A stretch of DNA of 61,806 nt from a virus (taxonomy: Duplodnaviria; Caudoviricetes). The position numbers and the translations under genes were made by a program. The DNA is taken from positions 1-61,806 of the IMG/VR virus record IMGVR_UViG_3300046479_000013; one strand, given 5' to 3'. The notes beneath the pieces were generated by a model, which worked only from the letters and a program-made list of their open reading frames with translations, ran no database searches and was not told where the DNA came from. Positions 28,322 to 38,020 of the stretch are shown one piece after another. The stretch's first letter is position 1. Each line of letters begins with the position of its first letter.

Positions 28322-28987
28322 CTAGCTTTGCCCATCAGTAAGTCTCCTATAGACCTTAGATAAAAACTTCTTCTTAATCCGTTCACCTAACCCGTCTATG
28401 TACCATCGCTGCACCCTAGGATATACCTCAGGGATCTTATCCATAGATAGGTTGAGAAACTTCAGTTTCATTGCGGTCTCGTAGGCATATGCATCAATCT
28501 CAGCTGTATCTGAGTAATATGCCTCGTCACCATCCTGAACAAAGAAGCCCAATTCTATATAGAACTCTTCTGCCTCACAATAGCTCTGAAGATTATTGTG
28601 AGCTTGCTGGAGTTGTTGATGCACATGTCTCAGCTCATGCAGGAAGGTGAAGAACATTTCGTTCCGGTCTTCCCGATCGGCTATCTGGATCCTCCAGAGG
28701 AATGAATTCCTAGAAGGGATATATCTACATTGTGTCTCCCCGCTGAGTTCCATCCCTGAGACCAATTCAAACCTGCTGGCATGGCTAGGACGCATCTCCA
28801 GATTACGAACGTCTAGGTTGATCCCCTTCCGGGCGATCTCCAGAGATGCCTTCAGAAGGTGCTTGTCATTGGATAGGAATGCGGAACGGATCTCTTGGAG
28901 CATTAATCTCCAAAATCCAGAGGAGGCGCTGTGGGCTCTCCCTCTTTCCAAAGTTCCCTGGGTGTCCCAGCCCATAGGAGCGTCCAT
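28322..28987 (-). CDS. putative zinc metallopeptidase (start uncertain)
   Basis: HELRH (HExxH) and downstream EIDAYA. Confidence 0.7.
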   Translation of the reverse strand: MDAPMGWDTQGTLERGRAHSASSGFWRLMLQEIRSAFLSNDKHLLKASLEIARKGINLDVRNLEMRPSHASRFELVSGMELSGETQCRYIPSRNSFLWRIQIADREDRNEMFFTFLHELRHVHQQLQQAHNNLQSYCEAEEFYIELGFFVQDGDEAYYSDTAEIDAYAYETAMKLKFLNLSMDKIPEVYPRVQRWYIDGLGERIKKKFLSKVYRRLTDGQS

Positions 28988-29199
28988 AGCCCTGGACCAC
29001 GATCACTCTTACGGACCTCAACGGCCACATAGGGTTGGTCGTTTAAGCTGTCCAACATCGTCCCCTTGACGCTGGGTGGGTAGACCCACTGGCCATCAGG
29101 TAGGACAAAATGAGTGGGATTAAAGGTGACCCGGACCCAGATGGTCTGAGCTCTCCGTCTAGCTGCTAGTTTGGATCGCCAAGGCATAAGCATCTCCAA
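28903..29199 (-). CDS. hypothetical protein
   Basis: ORF in gene run; start uncertain. Confidence 0.5.
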   Translation of the reverse strand: MEMLMPWRSKLAARRRAQTIWVRVTFNPTHFVLPDGQWVYPPSVKGTMLDSLNDQPYVAVEVRKSDRGPGLWTLLWAGTPRELWKEGEPTAPPLDFGD

Positions 29200-29210
29200 A
29201 ACAGCAATGG

Positions 29211-29231
29211 AAAGGCCCCCAACTGGGGGCC
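29211..29231 (-). terminator. intrinsic terminator
   Basis: GGCCCCCA/TGGGGGCC hairpin followed by TTT. Confidence 0.55.
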
Positions 29232-29262
29232 ATTCGCAAGCATAGATTGTTAGGGATGCTTG

Positions 29263-29448
29263 CTAGACTTGATCGAGTTCAATCTCGCTAGCATTGGCCC
29301 AGCCGAATTCCTTCTCGGCGTCTCCGTTGACGGCAGCATAGACCAGGTGGAAAGGATCCTTGGCCTTGGGCTTGATCTCTTTGACCTTGAAGCGCACTCG
29401 GGCATATCCGGTGACGTAGACTATGTCGTCCTTCTTGATGTCACTCAT
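29263..29448 (-). CDS. hypothetical protein
   Basis: ATGA overlap with upstream gene. Confidence 0.6.
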   Translation of the reverse strand: MSDIKKDDIVYVTGYARVRFKVKEIKPKAKDPFHLVYAAVNGDAEKEFGWANASEIELDQV

Positions 29449-29678
29449 GGCTTCTTGACCTCAGGCTTGAATGCGAAGTGCTGCTCCAGATACCATCGGA
29501 GCCTGGTGAGATCACCCCGGATATCCTCGATGACATCCTTCTCGTCCTTGCGTTCAGGGCCGAGCATCTGCTTGTAGACATAGAGGTTGGAGATCATCCT
29601 TGTCATATCTGCAGAGACCACCTGCTCAGGGCTTAGAGACCCATCCTGTTTGTTGACCAATTCAAGTGTGCTGGCCAT
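29445..29678 (-). CDS. hypothetical protein
   Basis: GGAG RBS; helical composition. Confidence 0.6.
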   Translation of the reverse strand: MASTLELVNKQDGSLSPEQVVSADMTRMISNLYVYKQMLGPERKDEKDVIEDIRGDLTRLRWYLEQHFAFKPEVKKP

Positions 29679-29695
29679 AGAGGCTCCACATGAAT

Positions 29696-29715
29696 GAGGC
29701 CCCCGAAGGGGCCTC
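29696..29715 (-). terminator. hairpin after Ro60 gene
   Basis: GAGGCCCC/GGGGCCTC inverted repeat. Confidence 0.55.
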
Positions 29716-29729
29716 GTAGGTTGAAGGGG

Positions 29730-31301
29730 TTAGCCCTTGGCGAAGGCCGTGACCACAGCCGGGGCCGCAGTGTCGAAGCCGACCACATCGAGCATGCCGC
29801 CGTCACTGGGATCGGCGATGGAGAACTCGGTGGCGGTCATTCCGTAGACGACCAGCTTGGCGGGGATGCCCATGGCATTGCGGTAGGACTTCAGCGCCTG
29901 GAAGGGGTGGATTGCGCCAGCCCAGGTCTCGTTGTCGGTGTAGACCTCGAAGACCTCGACGGGGATCTTGTTCTTCTGGGCCCAGACCATCGGCAGGGAG
30001 CAATCGGTGCCTCCCATGGAGATCCCGGCGATCCGCTTGGTGACGGCGTCGAGGCTCATCTGCTTGGTGAGCGGGATGTCCACGAGCCGAGTGGAGAAGC
30101 CCATGGTGTGATGCTGCTCTTCCACACGCACACGGAGCATCGCCATCGCAGCGGAGGCCTGAGCCGGGGTGAGCGGCAGACCGGCGATGTTGCCCCAGCC
30201 CATGGAGCCGGAGACATCGAGGGCGCTGAGGGTCTTCTTGCCCATCGGTTCGACGGTGCCGAAGGAAAGGTAGAAGGCCTCGTCGAGAGCGGAGACGATC
30301 TTGGGGTTGGCGGACCAGGTGAGACTTCCCTTGTCGCCGTGACCCTGCTCGTAGGTCTTGAGGGCCACGAGGAGGTTGAGCGGATGCAGACGGGCCTTCT
30401 TGATGGCCTCCTGATCACCGAGGAGCTTGGTGATCCGCTGGGTGGCATCGCTCAGAGGGCCGGTGAGACCCAGGGCACTGAGACGACCGAGGTTGCGGAC
30501 CATGGCACCCATGGGGATGTTCTCCATCAGTGCTTCCCAGACCTTGGACTCTTTGAGCCATTCGGTGGGCAGGGCCTCCCAGGGGAGCCGGTTGTCACGC
30601 ACGAGGCTGATGACTTCCTTGGCGCTCTGGGTCTCCTGCAGCCGGATGAAGGCTTCGATCATGGGATGGAGCTGATTCTCCACTTCCTTACCGACGGACC
30701 AGCGGAACATGTCGTTCATCACGCCAGTTGCGGAAGGATGGGCGAGGCGCAGAACGTCCCGGTGGGTCCAGCCGCCACGCTGACGGTACTTGATCAGCTG
30801 CAGGGCCACCTGGTCCTCGGTCTTGTTGGTGTAGAACTTACTCACACCACGACGGAGACCTGCGGACCAGCCGCGCATGGCAACCACGGCGTCGCAGAAC
30901 TGGAAGATGTGAGTCCCGATTCGGCACACCTGGGGGATGGAGGCGTATGCGGCCTTCTTGGTGTTCTCGTCACCGTAGGTGGCGCAGAGGGCGAGGACGA
31001 AGATCGCGGGATCGTTCTTGGGTGCACGACCGGCGTCGGAGACCTGCACGACGAACTGCACCACGGCCTCACCGTTGTGCTTGATCATCTCGATGATGGT
31101 CTTGGCAGCGTCCTGGGTCATCTTGCGTTCCCCGGCGTAGTAGCTGCCCTTCTCGGTTCCCAGGATGAGGAACCTGTTCAACAGCGCCTGGTCGTCGATC
31201 TTGAAGACGAAACCACCAGCGTTGTTCTTGACCTGGCTCTTACCGAAGACCTCTTCCTGCTGAGAAGTGACCTTCTGAGAAACGTGTTCCTGGTAACGCA
31301 T
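29730..31301 (-). CDS. rsr: Ro60/Rsr RNA-binding protein (TROVE + vWA)
   Basis: QVKNNAGGFVF, RFLILG, KYRQRGGWTHRDVLRLAHP, AMVRNLG, LDVSGSM, GGTDCSLPM, TDNETWAG, GMLDVVGFD; AAGGAGG RBS. Confidence 0.96.
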   Translation of the reverse strand: MRYQEHVSQKVTSQQEEVFGKSQVKNNAGGFVFKIDDQALLNRFLILGTEKGSYYAGERKMTQDAAKTIIEMIKHNGEAVVQFVVQVSDAGRAPKNDPAIFVLALCATYGDENTKKAAYASIPQVCRIGTHIFQFCDAVVAMRGWSAGLRRGVSKFYTNKTEDQVALQLIKYRQRGGWTHRDVLRLAHPSATGVMNDMFRWSVGKEVENQLHPMIEAFIRLQETQSAKEVISLVRDNRLPWEALPTEWLKESKVWEALMENIPMGAMVRNLGRLSALGLTGPLSDATQRITKLLGDQEAIKKARLHPLNLLVALKTYEQGHGDKGSLTWSANPKIVSALDEAFYLSFGTVEPMGKKTLSALDVSGSMGWGNIAGLPLTPAQASAAMAMLRVRVEEQHHTMGFSTRLVDIPLTKQMSLDAVTKRIAGISMGGTDCSLPMVWAQKNKIPVEVFEVYTDNETWAGAIHPFQALKSYRNAMGIPAKLVVYGMTATEFSIADPSDGGMLDVVGFDTAAPAVVTAFAKG

Positions 31302-31354
31302 GTCCCCTCCTTCGATCCCGTCATGGGATGCATGGACACTAGGTTACACAGGTG

Positions 31355-31624
31355 TTAGGAGAGTCTGTCGAAATCCTTCAAGATTTGTAGAAGCACACGC
31401 TTCTCATGGTCTTCAAGTCCAAGGACGGGATTCACACCCCATCTTGTGAAGTCAATTGGCCACAAAGCAACCAAAACAGGATTCCCCATCTGCATCCGGA
31501 ACAACATCTCTGTCTTACCTTTGTTGATTTGCAAATCCCCATTCTTGTCCTTACCCGCCGGAACCCATTGGAGCGGCTGGTTGATCAGATTTCTTAATAC
31601 AGAGAGGGTCGGTGTGTAGTCCAT
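31355..31624 (-). CDS. hypothetical protein
   Basis: ORF in gene run. Confidence 0.55.
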   Translation of the reverse strand: MDYTPTLSVLRNLINQPLQWVPAGKDKNGDLQINKGKTEMLFRMQMGNPVLVALWPIDFTRWGVNPVLGLEDHEKRVLLQILKDFDRLS

Positions 31625-31628
31625 CAGG

Positions 31629-31985
31629 CTAGGTTAGCGGGAGCACCCACCAGCCTGGGGCCTTCTTATTTTCCCTGAAACCTTTGGCGAGCAACCAAGT
31701 CTCATAAAGATCTCCGTAGACAGGAGCATCAGAGGAATCTACAAAGGCCTGTACGACCTCACCAGACAATCTGAAATCTGTAGGCTCCACTCGAAGGTCA
31801 TTCTCTCTAACCTTATATCCAACACGATATTGCGTGAGGCCTGTCAGAACAATGAGTTCAAGATCTGGGTTATCTTCTTTCAAATAGGCTTCAAACTCTA
31901 GGACTAGATCGGCAAATCTCCGCTTATGCAAAGCGGAGCGATCCATCCCGTCAGCGGAGACTAAGAGTTTGGCCTGGAAGATCAT
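31629..31985 (-). CDS. KLL-leader family protein
   Basis: MIFQAKLLVSAD; ETWLLAKGF. Confidence 0.75.
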   Translation of the reverse strand: MIFQAKLLVSADGMDRSALHKRRFADLVLEFEAYLKEDNPDLELIVLTGLTQYRVGYKVRENDLRVEPTDFRLSGEVVQAFVDSSDAPVYGDLYETWLLAKGFRENKKAPGWWVLPLT

Positions 31986-33106
31986 GCCTCTTCAGCCCCT
32001 TTGAGCAGCTCTTCAAGCTGGGTGTCCATGTGTTCGTTGAAACCCTTGGTGGTGAGCCAATCTCGGACATCCTCAGGATTATATTCAAGAGATGGATCCA
32101 TCCCATAGCCCTTGAAGATCAGGTACATGTCTTCCTTTGTGGCTAATCCAGCGTACAATTCTGACAGGTCTGTCATGATACCTGTATTAAATAGTGTCCT
32201 AAGATCTGGACTTAACTGAGGGAGTCTAGCGGCGATAGCTTTCTTGAAACCCCTTTCAAATCTACCACCATCCCGATCTTGATTGTAGCATTGACCGAAA
32301 TATTCATCTATCAGGTCATCCACACTCCAATTTTCGATCATCACATCAGTGGGGAAATGCATCCCAGTGCTGCCCCCAATGACCTCCTCACTCTCAAGCT
32401 CAGACGGGCACAGAGCCTTAACAATCCCATGGTCTGGACACAGGGGTTTGAGGGAAGCGGAATTCTCAGAGAGCCTTTCCAGATAAAGATTCTTGGTGTC
32501 ATTTGAACAAAGCCCAAGATCCTCGGGATCCAGGTCCTTTATGAACTCAACAAAGTCTTCACCCTTCAGATTCAACGCTCGTTTAATAACTTGATCCTCT
32601 TCAGAATCGTCGCTATCGTCTTCTTCACCCCCATACTCTGGAGGATACTGATCCCCAGGAGCAGCGGTCTTGTCTGAACCATCCTTGGGCAGGGCCGGGT
32701 CATAGAAGGTTCTGCGCTCCTTCTCTGCAGGGAGATCCTTACGCTGGTTCACCTGAGGCACAGTGGCCTCTGCAGAGAAAGGTTCGAAGTGATCGCCCAT
32801 GTCCACGAGATTCCACACCTGGACCTTGTTGTTGTAGACGTCCACGGTATCTCCACTCCAACGGGGAGTCTGGGTCAGGAGATCAAATCCACGATCCGTG
32901 ACCTCATAGAGATACTGTCCATTGAGCTTCAACAGATCCTTACCCATCAACGCCTTGAGGGTCTTAGCCGCATGGGGGATCTTACTGATATCCGTAGGCT
33001 TGATATTAGGATTGTCCCAAACTCGCTTGAGAAGCTCAAGCATATCAGGAGTGATGGAGATGCGCTTCTTGGCAGCGGACATAAGGAGTTTGGAGGTAAG
33101 CTTCAT
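31982..33106 (-). CDS. KLL-leader protein (wHTH-like N-part, YFGxCY domain)
   Basis: MKLTSKLLMSAA; IDEYFGQCY; RDWLTTKGF. Confidence 0.75.
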   Translation of the reverse strand: MKLTSKLLMSAAKKRISITPDMLELLKRVWDNPNIKPTDISKIPHAAKTLKALMGKDLLKLNGQYLYEVTDRGFDLLTQTPRWSGDTVDVYNNKVQVWNLVDMGDHFEPFSAEATVPQVNQRKDLPAEKERRTFYDPALPKDGSDKTAAPGDQYPPEYGGEEDDSDDSEEDQVIKRALNLKGEDFVEFIKDLDPEDLGLCSNDTKNLYLERLSENSASLKPLCPDHGIVKALCPSELESEEVIGGSTGMHFPTDVMIENWSVDDLIDEYFGQCYNQDRDGGRFERGFKKAIAARLPQLSPDLRTLFNTGIMTDLSELYAGLATKEDMYLIFKGYGMDPSLEYNPEDVRDWLTTKGFNEHMDTQLEELLKGAEEA

Positions 33107-33120
33107 TATAATTCCTGTCT

Positions 33121-34005
33121 TCACTCGTTGAATCGTAAAGTGCCACGCTGGATCCAATACTCGTAAGGATCCTTGAGCTCATCGTTGAGATAGAGCACGG
33201 ACCTACCGGCCTCCCGTAGACGGTCCGTGTATTTCTTCCCTACCTCATCGGAGTCCAGGACAAAGACCAATTGCAGCCCATCTAAGAACCGCTCATGCGC
33301 TTCTGAGATGAAGGCACTACCAAGGCCAATGGTGTTGGTAAAACCCATTTCTACCATAGCAATGTAGTCAAAGAACCCCTCTACGACATACACCGGCTTG
33401 GTAGGATCTATTCGGTCCAATCCAAATGTAGCTTGCCGGCCATGAGAGAACAACCACTTGGCCATAATCTTAGCCACCGGCCCCTCGGTGAAGCGGAACA
33501 CAATGTTGTTCACCTGACCCTGACGATCCCGGCTCAGGCAGGTCATGGTCTCCTCTAATGGGAGGATCACAGGCAGACCATGTTGGATGAGGCCCACAGA
33601 GGCTCGGTTGAGAGCCTCCAGGTTGAAGGGGAAATAGTTGGCCAGGGACTGAAGGTTATGGTGCTCATACTTCCAGGAACTGATTCCATACTTGGGGATC
33701 AACTCCAGCGGGAATTTTCGATCCTGAAGGAACCCTTGGATCTTAGTCGAGACTGGACGGGCCATCAGAGCCTCTACGTCCTCAGATCTAAGCTCTGGAT
33801 ACACACATGGATGCTCAACATGCATTCGATCAGCAATATGTCTGGCATATGTTGGATCAATCGTGTGAATGGAGATTGCTTCCTGAACTCCCTCTTCACT
33901 CATAATCGCTTGGATCAAGTCGTAGTCATCATCACGCATGAAATAGTCTAGGATCGGAAGGGGATCCACGAGCAACTTCAGCAGGAAATTCTTCTTACTC
34001 TTCAT
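33121..34005 (-). CDS. DnaG-like TOPRIM domain protein
   Basis: VYVVEGFFDYIA, LDSDEVG, KDPYE. Confidence 0.8.
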   Translation of the reverse strand: MKSKKNFLLKLLVDPLPILDYFMRDDDYDLIQAIMSEEGVQEAISIHTIDPTYARHIADRMHVEHPCVYPELRSEDVEALMARPVSTKIQGFLQDRKFPLELIPKYGISSWKYEHHNLQSLANYFPFNLEALNRASVGLIQHGLPVILPLEETMTCLSRDRQGQVNNIVFRFTEGPVAKIMAKWLFSHGRQATFGLDRIDPTKPVYVVEGFFDYIAMVEMGFTNTIGLGSAFISEAHERFLDGLQLVFVLDSDEVGKKYTDRLREAGRSVLYLNDELKDPYEYWIQRGTLRFNE

Positions 34006-34033
34006 GGTAACCTTTGAGTTAGCTCTAGGTTAT

Positions 34034-34768
34034 CTATTGGCCATCAAAGTCTTCAAAATCAGGAAGCTCTGCCTGATGCCCACCGGGGTTAAAAGCATTA
34101 TCGAGCGTTTCCTCTAGATAATCCACGTCATACATGAACTTAGCTTTAAACGCAGGGAAGTCAACATTAGCCCACCACTGCTCCAAAGGTTCCCGACCAT
34201 AGATCAAGATCAGGTCATCGGCGTTAGCCACAGCTAGACCCGAAGAGACCACTTCCTCTTTGGTCGCAGCCTGCATGATCGCATTGGGATCAGGATAGGC
34301 GGCTTTGATTCTGGAGATGAGAACCTCTTTGATTCCGGGCTGGAATCGTTCATGCTCACGCTCACGATGATAACACATTCCAAAGTATTCATCTACAGCT
34401 ACAACCAGAGGTGCCGTGATGAATGCTCTGTTGGGAAACTTTAACCATTGATTAGCCCATTTGGTGTTCCCTGGATCTAGCGTTGAGGGAGCGATGAGCC
34501 AAGGGATTCCCCCGTAGGTAGTGTTCTTGATGCAACGTCCAAGCTCTTCTCCCTGAGCAAGGAGGAGATCTCCGAAGTTTTCTTTAGCCTCATCGGAGAC
34601 TGATTCCCAGATTTCACAACACCCATAACCAAGATCGTTATCAATCTTGTAAGCCAGATTAGCTACAGATTTAATACTCCCTTTTGCAATGGCTCGCTCA
34701 AGAAGCTTTACCACTTGGGCCTCATCCATAGTGTTTGCTTTCTTGAGAAGCTTAGCCGTCAATCTCAT
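34034..34768 (-). CDS. KLL-leader protein (YFGxCY domain)
   Basis: MRLTAKLLKKAN; paralog of 34752..35522. Confidence 0.75.
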   Translation of the reverse strand: MRLTAKLLKKANTMDEAQVVKLLERAIAKGSIKSVANLAYKIDNDLGYGCCEIWESVSDEAKENFGDLLLAQGEELGRCIKNTTYGGIPWLIAPSTLDPGNTKWANQWLKFPNRAFITAPLVVAVDEYFGMCYHREREHERFQPGIKEVLISRIKAAYPDPNAIMQAATKEEVVSSGLAVANADDLILIYGREPLEQWWANVDFPAFKAKFMYDVDYLEETLDNAFNPGGHQAELPDFEDFDGQ

Positions 34769-35522
34769 TGCCATCCTGATCTATATCTGGGGGATTGTTA
34801 CCGTTGTTACCCAAGGCCCCACCAGGGGCATGGTTGTTCGGGAGATGTTGTGCTTGCTGAATATCGTTCATACCCTCAATGAAACAATCGGCTACACCAC
34901 ACATGAGACTACGTTCCCATTCCTGAGGATCCACAGTATCCCACCAGCTCATGACATCTTTCTCACCATAGATATCAATCAGAGCCTCTGGCCCAGAGCA
35001 AGAGATTCCAGACAGACAAGGTTCAGAAGATAACGCCATCAATTTGGAACATCTGCGATAGGTGCCCTTGATGCGCTGCATCATAATCTTCTTGGAACCC
35101 TTCTCAAAGCGATGACCATCTCTCTGATCCTGGTAGCAGATACCGAAATAGGCATCCAAGACAACCGTGATTGGGGCGGTCATGAAGAAACCACGTGGGT
35201 AGGGGGTAAGTTCTTCAATCACGGACGGAGCAATGAGCCAGGGGATATCCCCACCCTCATTACCATCTTCCTCGATCAAATCTCCAAGCTCTTCTCCCTG
35301 AGCAGTCAGCATGTCCTTGAGGGTCTCAAAGGATTCTGGGTGGACTCTAGCAAGCTCCTCCCACTCCTCCGTGACAGCATAGCCACGCATTCCCTTCTCG
35401 GACTCTAGCTGATAGGCCAGCTTGACAAGATTGTGAATATCCCCAGTTGAAAGGACCCGATGGATTCTCTCCACCAGGTCCGGGTTTGCATCAGCACGTT
35501 TGAGTAGACGAGAAGTTAGCAT
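34752..35522 (-). CDS. KLL-leader protein (YFGxCY domain)
   Basis: MLTSRLLKRAD; AQGEELG, IPWLIAPS and YFGxCY shared with neighbour. Confidence 0.75.
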   Translation of the reverse strand: MLTSRLLKRADANPDLVERIHRVLSTGDIHNLVKLAYQLESEKGMRGYAVTEEWEELARVHPESFETLKDMLTAQGEELGDLIEEDGNEGGDIPWLIAPSVIEELTPYPRGFFMTAPITVVLDAYFGICYQDQRDGHRFEKGSKKIMMQRIKGTYRRCSKLMALSSEPCLSGISCSGPEALIDIYGEKDVMSWWDTVDPQEWERSLMCGVADCFIEGMNDIQQAQHLPNNHAPGGALGNNGNNPPDIDQDGNEIDG

Positions 35523-35550
35523 TTATCATTCCTAGGTTCAGGAATGATTC

Positions 35551-36207
35551 TCAAAGGCCAGCTTCGTCCTGTTTGGATCGATCTTCGGCGTCGAAGGAGA
35601 ACGTGGCTCCTCTGGCGACGTCAGCCTGGGCCAAGCAACGATAGGTTCCCAGCTTGTTGCTCATGCTCTTGTAGGCTTCCTGTGTGCCTTTGGCGTTGTT
35701 GGCGAAGGTCATGGAGCAGTCAGCGGAGATCCCCATGGCCCCACCGGCCTGGATGGCATCCTGATTGGAAGCCAGGAACACGAACACCCACTTGTAGACC
35801 TCGGTCTGCTGGGTGATGAGCTCACGGACCTTCTCCAAGGTGTACTCCCGGCTGGCGTTCTCTCCGCCATCTGTGGTAATTACAACAATTACCTTTTCTG
35901 GACGCTCTTCCTCCGGAAGAGAGGCATAATAAGCTCCCCTAGCAGTGATGGTCTTACCAATTGCATCCAAAAGGGCTGTCATTCCACGGGGGTGCAGCAC
36001 AAAGGCCGGAACCTCACTCAATGCGAGATTTTCATACAGCGTCTCGTATTGATCGTCGAACAAGTAGTGCGACATGTTAGCCACACCTGGAACCAACTTC
36101 TGTTCATCGACAAATGCGTTGAATCCACCTTCCGCATCCGTTTTGATTTGACGCATTGAACCACTGATATCAGTCAATGCAATGATGTCTGTAAAACCTG
36201 CCTTCAT
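35551..36207 (-). CDS. vWA-domain protein
   Basis: DISGSM MIDAS, GMTALLDAIG, TDGGENASREY, WVFVFL; GGAGG RBS. Confidence 0.88.
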   Translation of the reverse strand: MKAGFTDIIALTDISGSMRQIKTDAEGGFNAFVDEQKLVPGVANMSHYLFDDQYETLYENLALSEVPAFVLHPRGMTALLDAIGKTITARGAYYASLPEEERPEKVIVVITTDGGENASREYTLEKVRELITQQTEVYKWVFVFLASNQDAIQAGGAMGISADCSMTFANNAKGTQEAYKSMSNKLGTYRCLAQADVARGATFSFDAEDRSKQDEAGL

Positions 36208-36278
36208 ATTCTACCTCCACGGTAATCTGATTAGGATACTGGGCTGTGGAACCCCTTTTAGATGGAGTTGGCTTCAAC

Positions 36279-36770
36279 ATGATTAGACCCAATGAGCTTC
36301 CCCTTGTGATCACGTGCTTGACTCGGTTCAAGTTCAAGTCCACGGCTGTCGCGGAATACAACAAGGTTCTCACCGAGAAACCTGCAGGCATCATCTACCA
36401 GGTGCGCAAGACTCAGCAGCGTGCAACCCCTGCCCAGGAAGAGATCCTCCTCTCTAGCGACAAGGGCACCGCCCAGTCCCTGAAGACCTACATGGAGATC
36501 TGCAAGATCAAGGACGCTTGGCCCAAGGCTGAGCCAGTGTTGGCCAAGGATCCGGAGGTAGCTGTATGGTATGCCCTGCAGACCCAGAAGCCTTTCAAGG
36601 GTGGAGAGGCGTCCATTGCCACCAACGCTCGTTATAGCTTCGTATACGCCAGAGATGTGCTCCACGGAAGATTTCAGGCCGGTGAACCTGCAATCCAACA
36701 GAAGAAGAATTCCCCCAACGGGAAGGCAATTCTATGGGAAGCATACTGCAAAGAATTCGGAGTTCAGTAA
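36279..36770 (+). CDS. hypothetical protein with short helical repeats
   Basis: Repeated [WF]xxxExxI[A]xxxxxxxxYA units. Confidence 0.65.
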   Translation: MIRPNELPLVITCLTRFKFKSTAVAEYNKVLTEKPAGIIYQVRKTQQRATPAQEEILLSSDKGTAQSLKTYMEICKIKDAWPKAEPVLAKDPEVAVWYALQTQKPFKGGEASIATNARYSFVYARDVLHGRFQAGEPAIQQKKNSPNGKAILWEAYCKEFGVQ

Positions 36771-38020
36771 TGAAATTCTCATCCAAACTTCTCGTCACAG
36801 CCGCTTCCAATGCCGTCCTCAACGACGCCAAGACTCAGTTCGGGAAGAATCCCAACTTCCCTAAGGACGATGAGAGTCTGAAGGCCGTTGGTGCCTTGTT
36901 CGACAAGCTGCTCCCCACTGAGGCTCAGACCAACTCCAAGGGCAAGCTGTTGTATATGTTCCTCTTCAAGTGCATGTACGGCCCGGAGCCTTCCATCCTG
37001 ATGGAAGACGCTGAGGATGGCTTCACCATCAAGCCCTTGATGCAGAACACCTGGGACTGCCTCAAGAAGAACATGCTCGTAGGTCAAGCCGCCAACATCG
37101 CCATGTATAAGAACCTGACTGAGTTGGAGACCGCTGTCGACGAGGCCATGGGCAAGAAGAAGGGTGAAGGCGACCGAGAGGATGACGTCTACACCCCGGA
37201 GGAGTGGAAAGAGATCAAGGCCGGTGCCAAGCTGATCTATGACCAGGGTGGTTGGCAGCTGTGGAAGTGCGCGGCTAGCAGCAACACCACTGTGCTCCGT
37301 GCCGCCAATCTCCTCTGCGACAACACCAAGAACCCTCCTGCGACCTGGTGCGTTGGTTGGCCCTGGCCCTCTCGGTCTCTGGCCAAGAACTATATCCCCC
37401 AGGGTGACTTCTTTGTCTTCCGTCGTGGCAACGTCTCCCGTTACGCTGTGAGTTCCCAGAAGGGTAGACTGCTCCAGATCTGGACTACTCCGGATGCGGT
37501 TTGCTATGAGACTGCATCCTCGGGCTATGGTAGCCAGAGAGGTAAGTCGGACATCCCCTCTCTCCGTGCAGCGGCAAAGCAGCTGGGCCTCCCTTACGTA
37601 GACATCGCCTCTTCAATCCCTCCTGCGCTGGTCCCCATCATCAAGGCTGTCCGGCCCACTGAAGAGACTTGGCAGATGGTTCCTGAATCAGCCCTGGTCA
37701 CCCTGGACGACAACTCCCAGAAGAACCTGGACAAGATGATCTACGCTGCGGATCCCCACGCGCTGATCAAGGACATCAACTCCTTGTCCGGCAGCGCCTA
37801 TACGGTGGCTATCGCTCATGCGATCCTGGTGGCTGCTTCTAGCCCCAAAGTGCACAAGGACTTCGGAGAGGCCTACAAAGACTTCTCCAGCAACACCCTC
37901 CAGGCTTACATTGAAGCCATGGCAGGTCACAAGGTCACTCGTCTCCCCGATGGGTTGGAAGCCATGCTTATGGAAGCTGTCCGTGAGTGGGAGAAGGCTG
38001 TGGAGAAGGGCGAGAGCTAA
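36770..38020 (+). CDS. KLL-leader family protein
   Basis: MKFSSKLLVTAA; TAATG overlap; TWCVG motif. Confidence 0.75.
   Translation: MKFSSKLLVTAASNAVLNDAKTQFGKNPNFPKDDESLKAVGALFDKLLPTEAQTNSKGKLLYMFLFKCMYGPEPSILMEDAEDGFTIKPLMQNTWDCLKKNMLVGQAANIAMYKNLTELETAVDEAMGKKKGEGDREDDVYTPEEWKEIKAGAKLIYDQGGWQLWKCAASSNTTVLRAANLLCDNTKNPPATWCVGWPWPSRSLAKNYIPQGDFFVFRRGNVSRYAVSSQKGRLLQIWTTPDAVCYETASSGYGSQRGKSDIPSLRAAAKQLGLPYVDIASSIPPALVPIIKAVRPTEETWQMVPESALVTLDDNSQKNLDKMIYAADPHALIKDINSLSGSAYTVAIAHAILVAASSPKVHKDFGEAYKDFSSNTLQAYIEAMAGHKVTRLPDGLEAMLMEAVREWEKAVEKGES

Noticed and set aside
29694-31358. 554-aa plus-strand ORF opposite Ro60
   Set aside because: Shadow ORF of a codon-biased gene; the same applies to 54478..55623 and 59537..60631.
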